A stretch of DNA of 64,000 nt from Lepidodermella squamata (lineage: Eukaryota; Animalia; Gastrotricha): positions 2,728,001 through 2,792,000 of the forward strand of contig JBLDXI010000042.1 in assembly GCA_047495785.1 (NCBI GenBank), read 5' to 3'. The stretch's first letter is position 1. Each line of letters begins with the position of its first letter. The notes below the pieces were generated by a model. It was given only the letters and a program-made list of their open reading frames with translations, did no database searches and was not told the origin of the DNA. Of the stretch, positions 1-10,725 are shown piece after piece. The position numbers were made by a program, and so were the translations under genes.

Positions 1-15
1 ATCGTTTAATTTGTT

Positions 16-1303
16 TTACAAAGGAGCCATCAATGCAAATATTACAATATTTACCAGTATGGTTAGTCCAGTCATCACTAAAAAGAATATCAAGTCTGCT
101 AGCCTAATTCGAGAAATCCGCCACTTGGCATAGCCAAATAGGCAGAGTGATTCGTTGAAACTTTCGATATGAGCTAGATTACAAGAGACTGTTGTGTAGA
201 CAGTGCAGATCATTCCTATGACAATTTGTGCGTCAACATACATAGTTATAAAGGGAGTGACGGATGACTTGGGTATCGTTCCATCGATGACACTCTGTAG
301 GATGAAAAATGCCAGAAGAACTGTTATGCTGTAGCAAGCTCGGTCAACCGCTTCTGGAGGTAGAAATCCGGTTGAGAGCTGAAGTGCCATTAGACAGAAG
401 CAAGGTAAGAAAAGGCTGGATATGTAGAGATGAAACTTTCGCTTGAAGGTGAAATTGAAGAAAATCCTATCATATTCGCCGTCCCATCCACTGTATTTTT
501 GCTGTTTGATTGATGTGTTAACCGCAATCAACTCCCAAATTTCACCCTCATCAACAAAGTCGCCAAGTGCTACTTGGACCTGGATACCGGGGCCATCCGG
601 TTGTAATTGAATCATAAATGTTTCGAAGTAACTCTCAAGAACAATCGAGCATGTTTGAGTATCGAAAGGAAACATCAAGAATCTGATTTTAGCAAGGTTA
701 TCTAGAAAGTGGGAAATAATGTAAACAAATCTACCTTAAATCACAAGTTGAATCAATTGTCGCAACAATTTGCCACGTCATTTTTCCATTACTGAAGATA
801 TACATGGGCGTGTACTCTGATATCCTAGCAACATAGATCTTCAATATTGAAAACTGGCACAAGTTCACTCTTGCTTACTGTGATAGAAAATTGGCATCAG
901 AAGCTGCATTGTTGTGAGTCAACTGAGCTCGCCAGAATTTACTAGCAGTGTCCTGAAATCCTGTAATCGCCGCGTATTCGGCTGTTTCCTCTGTATGCCC
1001 CCATTTCACACAAGGATGATACCATGACAGATCTAACTCGGCAAGAATCGAGAAAATCTGATCGCGGTCGTTGATCTGACGGAAGTCGTATGGCAGCACC
1101 TGGGCTTTGATCACTAACGACTCAGTGTAGTTTATGACAGGGCGAGTTTGATCTAGTAAATTGCATTTCTCGTACAGCCAGTCTTTCAAAATCCTCTCCT
1201 GTGTCAGAAACGATCCATTCTTTGGTGGTCCTATTCGTTCACTTAGGGCTGAGAGGCAAATTAGGACGGAAAAAGTTAAAAATGCTGGTAATACATGCGT
1301 CAT
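16..1303 (-). CDS. Atypical Cys-loop ligand-gated ion channel subunit LGIC-1 (clade A); exons 1303-879, 824-735, 682-16
   Basis: Signal peptide, RPVxN motif, spliced Cys-loop CDLRFLMFPFDTQTC (C-x13-C), four TM helices (M2 DRACYSITVLLAFFILQ); GT-AG introns keep the frame. Confidence 0.9.
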
Positions 1304-2779
1304 GTCACATGACTGCAGATCCATAACGCCGAAAAGTGATCACATACACGTAGCGCGTGTGGGCAGAAATCACTCCCGTTCCAATTTGTACCATATACAC
1401 CTGCTAATTTATGAACGATGATTCCGGTGTTTGATTAGAGATTTCAGCATGCATGAGTAAACATGCCGCTTCAGTATTGCTCAATGCGGCACGTGTGAAG
1501 CGTTCGATTTCGGGCAAACAACTTGTGTCGCGAAGAGCATGCATTGTACCTCGCCAAATTGTTCATTATTCTCTAAGCAATTTTACAAGTTTTTTGAAGA
1601 CAGGCATCAGAACGCGGCTTTCATCAAGAGCATGGGAATTGCATGGCAAGCACAATTTTAGACTTTAGACTTTACAAGAAAGTGAGCGATTGATAAATTT
1701 ATACACAGGGAACTAGCCACGCTCCATATGGTTAATTTTTAGTTTCTGCCTAGTTATTTCGACCTGTGCATATAGACTTCAGTGAAACTAAATCATTCTT
1801 AGTTGTGAAAAGAGAAAAAGACATAATCGGATATCGACCGGTTGTAGGTTGTAGATATGTTGTAGCATAGCTGGAAGTTGAATTTGTTGGTAGCAAATGA
1901 CGCATTGTGAATCAAAATAAATTTAATACGTTTAAAATGTTTCACAGCGATAATAATTTTTTACACGACTTATGTTTTATTCATATGATATGAAGCCGTG
2001 GAAGATCTGTCGTAATTTTTAAACAGCAGCTGGTTGGATACGGATTTCTGACGAAAAGAGGGAAAGTATTGAAAAATTGTGCTGCTTAGTGCTTGCTTAT
2101 AATAGGAACCAACACCCTGCGTCCACTCTAAATTTTCAATTAGGATTAAGTTTCTCGTTCCCAGAATTTATGCCGCATTTCCTCTTTTTATGCTATCATT
2201 GAATAGAAATCTGAAAAACAAATGGAAAAATAGGGAACAAGATGCCTCCTGCGAATTCCCACATGAGCTTTCCCAGAAAAAATTACTTTCAGGTAAGGCG
2301 TGCAATTGTTTATTTTCGTTAGGCATAATTCATTTTTGGAAAAAGGACAAAATAAAAAGATTTTCGTTTCTTTTCGAAAGCTCTGTTTTAACCTTGGAAT
2401 GAGCTCTTATGCCGCGAAGATAACGGTCTTCCAACCCGGAGCGGAGCGTCATTTCGATTTTAAAATTGCTCATAATGCCAATACTTCCAATTGTTTTCGG
2501 TACTGCTCTCATGCTCGAAAGCTTAGATTTTTCCGAAGGTATATATGACGTGAAATTACACGGCATCGGTTATGAAGCAAGAAGCAAGAAGGAGCAAACT
2601 GTCACTACAACGAATATCATTATATTCGTCCTACATATGCCTATGAAGTCTCCAAGAGTGAGGGTGGTAATTATCGTTAGGCACAATTTATCAACCCAGG
2701 CTTTCCTAACAAAAAATAAACAAACACTCAACTCGTTGTTAGTTCCTGATTTTTTGGATTTTCAGTAACAATTAACAAT

Positions 2780-4024
2780 ATGCTTGGATTCCTGATTTTT
2801 CTGTCTTTGATCACCCTTTTAACAGGTCAAACTTTTGTACCTGAGGAGCAGCAATTGAAAAATTGGCTGTATGAAAAATGCAGCTTGGAGACCAATTCCC
2901 GACCTGTCACTAACTACTCCGATAAGCTAACAGTTTCAGCTCGGGTGGTGCCTTACGCATTTCGCGATATAGTCGATCAAGAGCAGACTTTTTCATTGCT
3001 CACGGAGATCGACTTCACGTGGAAGCATCCATGCATTTCTTGGGGCGGAAACTCTTCGGGTAATCGGTATTCGGCAATAGGGCGGATTCAGGATTCAGCT
3101 GAAAAGTTCTGGCGAGTTCAGCTTATGCACAACAATGCCGTAGCCGACGCAAACTTTTTAACAGCGTAAGCTTAAAAAAATAATCTTTTGCAAAATGTTG
3201 CTTATACAATTCTTGTTCAAGGATTGCCAAGTTCACACCGATGTACATCTACAGTGATGGCAAAATGACATGGCAAATTGTCTCGACTGTCGATTCGCAG
3301 TGCGAACTAATGTATGTTGCTATCTTGAAAGAGGACTTAGAACAGCTCATTTCTTGTATATATTTACAGGTTCCTTAAATTTCCATTTGACACCCAGGAG
3401 TGTTCGATTGTGTTCGAAAGTTACGTCGAGTCATACATCGTATCTTTGCAACTCGACGGTCGCGGTGTGGACATGGGCGGTCCTTTGAAAGACTTCATCG
3501 AAGAGGGAGAAATATGGGAGCTGATCAAAGTCAACGCGTCCCTCGGAAAACAAGTCTACCCCGGTTGGGCTGGTGACTACGATCGTGTCTACTTCAAATT
3601 CACATTCCAGCGTAAATACACGCTCTACGTGTCGAGTTTGTTCCTGCCGGCGATCTGTTTGATGGCTCTCCAGATGTCCGCCGGCTGGTTACCACCAAAA
3701 GCAGCAGATCGGCCGTGCTACAGCATTACAGTTCTACTTGCTTTCTTCATTCTGCAGTCCCTCATTGATGGCACCATTCCGAAATCTTCTGTTACCCCTT
3801 ATGTAGCTTGGTATATTGCTGTGCAAATCTTACTAGGAATGATGATAACTGTCTACGCTGCCTTATCATGCGAGTTGGCTCATAAGAAGAGTTATAAAGA
3901 AATGGTTAAGTTGTGCTGCTTTGAAATTACTAAAATTCGGTACCTTGACTTGATGTTCTTCAGCGCGATGTTTTTAGTTGTTTTAATTCTCAACTTTGCC
4001 ACTTTCTATCTGCTATTAGTCTGA
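2780..4024 (+). CDS. Atypical Cys-loop LGIC subunit LGIC-2 (clade A); exons 2780-3165, 3222-3311, 3370-4024
   Basis: Paralog of LGIC-1 with the same two intron positions; Cys-loop CELMFLKFPFDTQEC; M1-M4 present. Confidence 0.92.
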
Positions 4025-4192
4025 ATACTGCGATACGTGAGTCGCTCATAGTCGCTAAAAAACTCATTATTTTCGCATAAATTTCATTTTTTCATATGGC
4101 AGCTAGAGAAGAAACATATAATGTTATAACAAAAATGTCCACAAAATTCTAGAAGAGTCGGCGCTATAAATAAAACTAGACACGCTAACAAG

Positions 4193-4876
4193 CTAGGCTT
4201 GTGCTAATGATTTCGCTTCGGTGTCGGTGGCTTTCCCGTGTTTGCTTTGCTTGGTAGTCGGCGCATCGTAATTTTTGGCCTTCTTCGGACGTCTCCAGCA
4301 GCACCAACAGCATTGCAGGTAGTCCAGGAATTTGAAGAAAAAGTAGACAAAAAACCATTCGAGTGGCTTGCTCGCCAGATATAGAATGTCGCAGCGATTT
4401 TGGTAAGCCCAAGGCATTTTACGGGCCAGGAAGACGCCGAAAACACTTTCGTCAAATGTGATAGGCTTTTGCACATAAGGAGCTCGGGTTATTGATTTGG
4501 TTGAAGTGCCCTGCGCTAATTGATGGGCAGAAATCGGTGATGTCACATTTTGTGGCACCGAAGTATTTGTATCTGGTACAGGAATCAGCTTTTCATCCGC
4601 AATAACTGAGAGCTTATCATCAGATGCCGCTAGTTGTCTTTGAGGAGGTAATGGCGAAACATCCCCACTGCCTGCTCCCAAGTGCTGCTCTTCTTCTTCG
4701 CCTATCACTAAGCTTCCGGTGAGTAGGACAGATAGGACTACTAATGTAGTAACGCTAAGGGGCAGTTTCTCGCGTGGGAAGACGAGTTTGGTAAAAATCG
4801 ACAACAACACCATTGTGATAACTACGACGAATAAAATACCTACGAAAATGGTCAACAGTAAATTGAATTTCGTCAT
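4193..4876 (-). CDS. Uncharacterised single-exon membrane protein (227 aa)
   Basis: ATG-initiated ORF with two N-terminal hydrophobic segments, Ser/Thr/Pro-rich spacer, C-terminal hydrophobic helix followed by CCWCCW and RRPKK. Confidence 0.55.
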   Translation of the reverse strand: MTKFNLLLTIFVGILFVVVITMVLLSIFTKLVFPREKLPLSVTTLVVLSVLLTGSLVIGEEEEQHLGAGSGDVSPLPPQRQLAASDDKLSVIADEKLIPVPDTNTSVPQNVTSPISAHQLAQGTSTKSITRAPYVQKPITFDESVFGVFLARKMPWAYQNRCDILYLASKPLEWFFVYFFFKFLDYLQCCWCCWRRPKKAKNYDAPTTKQSKHGKATDTEAKSLAQA

Positions 4877-5970
4877 TTTGGTGAAATGTGCTCAGAAATG
4901 ATTCTATATAGTAATTGTGGGATAGGCGTAACTTGCGTAAAAGAGGAAATGAGGGTCCTGCTAATATATTAGAATCCCAAGCAGTGTTAGTTTTTCATTG
5001 CTTGGTTTTCACTATAAAATGCACTTATACTCACGTTTCGTTTACAACTGCAATTTATACTGTTCTGAATACGGGCACGATCGCTGCCTGTGGCAATCTA
5101 TCTGATATTAGGAGAGAGTATCGATGGTTAGTTCTACGCTTCGTTGATTTTTCCGTTCGTTTTTTTTCTTGCATATATCACGCGGATCAGCGCGCGCTTG
5201 TTTATACCTGAACGCTTGCGCGCGCGATACGTGTGATTTTTCTGCCTGCGTTTCTTTTTCTCCCGCTGAGATTGACTTTCTCACGCAAAGCGCAGTATTC
5301 TTTCAGAATCGCGCCTCCTTGTCGATAAACAAATCATTAATGCTTTAGCACTTGTGTCAATCGAGTTTGCGAGTGTAGGACAATATGCATTTATGTATCT
5401 CGTGAATTTGAATCCTTATATCATACCGAAGATTTTATTTGAAGGAAAGAAATTGACGGATTTCTTGAAAATAATAGACGAATTTTCGATACGATGGTGT
5501 TATTTACTTATTGTTCAAATCTGAATTCAGAGCTTTTCTGAGATATAGAAGTTGGCAGATTAATTGTTGCCGGCAATTAAAATGGGCCCACCCATAGAGA
5601 CTTTGTGGATATTAGACATCTGCTGAACACGATATCCCATATCCCTTACGCCAATTACGGCTTGAAAGCTGGTCAACCTATGGGATAACTTGTAAAATTG
5701 AATGAAGTAATTAAATGTAAAACTTTTGAAGTTTGACATGAAGCTCACGAGTTGGCTACGAAATTTTTTGTAAAAAGGAGTTTTCACCTCAAAACAAGCT
5801 TGACGAAGATGAGCAGATTGTCATGTATCAAAATCAATGCACTCTCAGCTCGATTCACATGTCCCCACTAATTATTTGTCGCCGATCTCGGCAGGTATCC
5901 TTTATGTCCTTACTCAGTTGAAAGTGCAACCTGCTGGAGATTTTGTAAGGCATCAAAGATATTTTCAAAA

Positions 5971-7560
5971 ATGAGTCGCGTTAAAGATGAGCCGAACTCA
6001 TCACCCCCTCAAGCCGAATCGAGCGTTCGTCTTTGTGAGGTAATTATGATGTTTAATGCAGATTTTCCTCTAAGTATCGAATTTAAGGTTTGCCGTGCAG
6101 TCACTTGCGACAGCATTCGTTGCGGAGTTTACGCATGTGAAGCTTGCAAAGTAACTTTGCTCAAATCGATGATCTCATTTTGCATATTAAACTTACAGAA
6201 ATTCTTTTTGCGAAATCGCAACAACGCTTCCTTGGTTTGTTCAACCGGGCTGAACGGTTGCAACTTTGGCGATGAGAGTGGCAAAGCTTTGGTCAGCGCG
6301 TCCGGAAAGTTCTGGCGCATGTTGTGTGCCAAATGCCGACTGAAACGCTGCAGAGATGCTGGAATGCGTGTAATTCGAGGGAAAGCAAACCCATGTGATT
6401 CTACGGCGCTGATCCCTTCTAATTCAGCTAGCAATGCGAATAAACGAGTAATAGCGCGTGAATCTGGAAAGATAGCTGCAATTAAGTCGGAGGATAGTTC
6501 AACAAATGAATCCGTGATTTCTTTGGACTGTGTTCCCTACGAGATAAATAATGACCGTATCTCTGAGGATCGACTGAGAAGCGTTGTCGTAGCTACCCGG
6601 GAGTTAATGATGGCCTTCGAATCAGTAGGAGGCGGTACATTTTCTGATCATCGGTAACCCATTTTTAAATTTTCTAGCTACCTCTCAGAAACAACAAGAA
6701 CTTGGAGTACTGTTCTGAGATCCCATCTTTCCAAGCAGGCTTACATCATTTTGAAGGGATCGTCCGATCAGTCAAAGCTTTTGTAACCGAGCTGCCCGGT
6801 AATTTTTTGTTCAAAACTAGTTCAGAAATCTATGTGGAGCTTTACAAGGCTACGAAGCACTGCCTGTTGCTGAACGCATTATTTTGTTTGCGAGCGCTAC
6901 GCCAACGATGACGTTGGCATTAACGAATAAGAGGGCGCCAACAATGTGCGGAATGTCGGCCGTAAATGGCAACTGCTTCATCAATCATTTCCCTGAATTT
7001 GAGGTAAAACAGTTTGCTTTCAACTATAACTAAGAGCACTCTTAGAAATTCCTCCCTCGTTCAGTATACCAAGAAAGAATCGAACGACTTGTGGAATGCC
7101 TTCACTAACTGGAATCCATCCCCTCCAGAGTTCTCCCTGCTCATCGCTCTGCTTTTCTATAAAGGTGGATAAATATTCTGAGCTTGCCTCATTCTCATTT
7201 GAACTTTCAGCTTCGGTCGGTTTGAGTTGTTTTGCGGACGCGTCAACTGTGATTCATCAATTTGATTTCGCACTCCGCTCTTATCTAAGTCAGGTATTTG
7301 TCGGAAACAAGCAATATGTCGACAATCGTATCAATCAACTCGGATATTTGCTACAACTGCTACATGAAGCCGGAATCCGCAGAAACTACGCTTATGCCGA
7401 GCTCAAGCAGAGATGCCCTCATTTATTTACCATGAACAGATATTTGGCTGAAATTCATGACAAGAACAGGAAAACCTACAACATTGGAAACGAAGCTAAC
7501 ATTGAACAATGTGATAGCCACGCATCTAGCAGTGGCCTTACATCCAAAGAAAATGCCTAA
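5971..7560 (+). CDS. Nuclear hormone receptor (one C4 zinc-finger DBD + divergent LBD); exons approx 5971-6039, 6088-6150, 6199-6653, 6689-6798, 6849-7003, 7065-7164, 7211-7560
   Basis: Spliced DBD CEVC...GVYACEACKKFF...CAKCRLKRC..GM; LBD signature VKAFVTELPGYEALPVAERIILF; helix-8-like PPEFSLLIALLF. Confidence 0.88.
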
Positions 7561-7787
7561 CTGATTTTGTTAAACCTCTTTGAGTCCTTAGATACATAGT
7601 TTCTAGCATCCACGCTTTAATTATACACTAGCTTTATTTACTTTGTATGCCAATCAGCAGCAAGAAGATTTTATCGACGATGAGAAGTAAATATCCGGGG
7701 GCGCTGCAAGCACGAAAGTGCAGTGATGCGCTACTTTTTCTCGAAGCAAAGCCTTTTTTCTTGCAAAAGAAACACTTGACATCATAA

Positions 7788-9065
7788 ATGATGTACGTGT
7801 GGCGTAGATTACTCAAATGGGTGCTTCTCACCTCAATTTTTGGGTTTTTCATTCTCAGCGGTGATGCATTGAGTATGGAAGAAGCTGATCTCACTGAATG
7901 GTTGGATCAAAAATGTGCTAATTTCAAGAATGTTCGGCCAGTAGAAAAATTCAACCAATCCCTCGCCGTTGAAGTGTCTATGCTGGTCTACAGCTTTCGA
8001 GGCATAGAAGACCGGGAGCAGCAGTATGTAGCCATCATTAATATTGTTCGCCTCGAATTTATATTATTTGTTTCCTCGTAGATTCTCTGTATTAGGGGAG
8101 TGGAATTTCATATGGAAGCATCCTTGCCTAACTTGGGGCGACACTGAAGATTCTGAGCAGTGGCGTGGTATTCCTCGATTGTCCAAGAAGGCTACAGATA
8201 TATGGGTGCCCAGTACACTATTGATGAATGCAGTTGAAGATGTCATGACACTTGAAAGGTGAGTTTTCCAGATTCTTCCCCTATCTATCATTAATTTGCT
8301 GCTCAACATAGCCTTCGACAAAATGGGCAAGTTTACATTACCCGGGATGGAAGCGTTAGATTTCAGGTCATTTCCAAGTTCATTTCGTTTTGCGAACTCA
8401 AGTTGAAACTATTCCCATTCGACACGCAAATGTGTGGTTTTCATCTGGAAGCCGTAGAAATGATGGATCTTATCAACTTCAGTACCCCTAAAGCATTTGC
8501 GACTTTGGAACCAACCTTTACAACGCCTGCCGATGTTTGGGAGCTGGCAAAAGAAGAAAATCAGTTGACGGCAGAAGTTTGGAATATGACCTATGACGGC
8601 TATCCCTTGCCTTGTACTCGCGTTGTATTCCTGATAGCAATGCGACGGAAGCCAATCTTATTCATCCTTACGCGGACCATTCCAAGCCTAGCCCTGCTCA
8701 TCATGATTTTGTTCTCAGCTTTTGTACCACCTGAGATGCCCGACAGACCGGCAATTTGCTTGACAGTAATGCTGGCCTTAACGATTTTGCAAGACTCCAT
8801 AACTGGAGCCATACCTCAGTCCTCAGAAATCGTTTACATGGTTGGTCAAATCATGGCCGAGTCTGCGATTGGCATGGCAACAACTATCTACGCTCTGGTG
8901 GCGTGTGGCATAGCGGAAAAGCAGACATTCAGCAAAACCTACCGCGTTCCAATGTTGGGCAAAATAAGAGCCATCAGGCTGCTTGACGTTGTCGTTTATG
9001 GGTTAATCACACTAGCAGCTTTGGTTATTAACGGGGTGCTGTTCGCATTTCTTTTGATTCAGTAA
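7788..9065 (+). CDS. Atypical Cys-loop LGIC subunit LGIC-3 (clade B); exons 7788-8023, 8082-8258, 8312-9065
   Basis: Signal peptide, Cys-loop CELKLKLFPFDTQMC, M2 PDRPAICLTVMLALTILQD, four TM helices. Confidence 0.92.
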
Positions 9066-9474
9066 CTTTTTTACTAATCGATTGAGCAATCCATTTCCTT
9101 GTTCTTCATTTTCGACTTACCTGAATAAGACCGTCCGCAAGAAAATGTGATAACTTGCACATGAGCAACAATCGAAATATTATTTTGTCTGCAATTCGCC
9201 AAAAATCGCCAAAAATTATCTCAGCTGTTCTTGTGGTCGGTCTATAATCAATAGTCTATTCCAATAAAAGCGTGTTATCTAACCTGCGTTTCCGTAATCA
9301 ACTGAGTTTTTCAATATTATCCACTTTTTATTCATTGGCAACTTCCATAGCTGTTCGATACATGGTTTGATCCGGACAAATGCTCAAACATCCGGTCGTC
9401 TTCAAACGCTATGTTCGTACTACATTAATGTCTGTATGTGATACTGTGAAGCGCACCACGCCTTTTATGTGAAA

Positions 9475-10725
9475 ATGCCGTGCGAAGGGAGAATAGTTCT
9501 TTCTTTGCTTCCAATTTTCTTAATGGTTCGATCAAGCAGCCAATGGACCGTCGAAGAAGCTGATTTGGAGCAATGGCTGGAAAACAAATGCTCCAAGTTC
9601 ATGAATGTTCGTCCAGTGGAAAAATTCAACCAAACTCTACCAGTTGCCGTCACAATGCTGGCTTACAGTTTTCGAGGAATTGAAGACCGAGAGCAACAGT
9701 GAGCTATTCGACTTCGCGGCCAGAAGCTATTAATAACTCCGAATGTAGATTTTCAGTTTTAGGGGAGTGGAATATCGAATGGAAGCATCCTTGCCTGACA
9801 TGGGGTGACACGGCGGACACGGAAAAGTGGAGCCACGTTACCCGCGTTCTTAAAGGAGCAAATGATATTTGGGTGCCAAGTACTTTGCTGATGAATGCCG
9901 TAGATGATGTGATGACTTTTCAAAGGTTGTTTAATTTCCGATAGACTGAAAGTATTCCAAATTTTTAACAGCTTGCGGCAAAGCACGCAAGTTAACATTA
10001 GGAAAGACGGTACTTTACGATGGCTGGTGGTTTCAAAACTCACGGCTTTCTGTTCGTTAAAGCTGAAGAAATTCCCATTTGACGTGCAAATCTGTGGCTA
10101 TCATCTGGAATCAGTGGAAAATATCAAAGTAGTCAGATTTTACGCTCCAACACTATACGTTGATCTCGAAGCCGCATTTACAACACCTGCAGATGTGTGG
10201 GAGTTGACAGCTCGCAAGCAGCAGCTGAAGGCCGAAGTTTTAAACATGAGCTATGAAGGCTATGATTCGCCTTTCACCCGCGTGCAGTTTACTATCGAAA
10301 TGCGTAGGAAGCCCATTCTCTTCATCTTAACGCGGACCATTCCAAGCATAGTGCTACTCATTATGATTCTATTCACGGTTTTCGTACCGCCTGAAATGCC
10401 CGACAGACCCGCGCTATGTCTGACAGTTATGTTAGCCTTGACGATTTTGCAAGACTCCATAACTGGAGCTATTCCGCAGTCGTCCGATTTCGTTTACATG
10501 GTCGGCCAAATCATGGCAGAGTCTGGGGTTGGCATGGCTACTACAATTTACGCTCTAGTGGCTTGTGGCTTGGCCAATAAGGCTAAATCGCATCCTCGCA
10601 TGTTTTATGTTCCCGGAATAGGCAAAATCAGGGGAATACGAATCCTTGACTTTATCGTGTACGGTTTTATCACTGCTACTGCTATCATTGTCAACGGTGT
10701 TTTCTTTGCATTTATCTTGAGTTGA
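9475..10725 (+). CDS. Atypical Cys-loop LGIC subunit LGIC-4 (clade B); exons 9475-9698, 9749-9925, 9972-10725
   Basis: Cys-loop CSLKLKKFPFDVQIC; same intron positions as LGIC-3. Confidence 0.92.
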
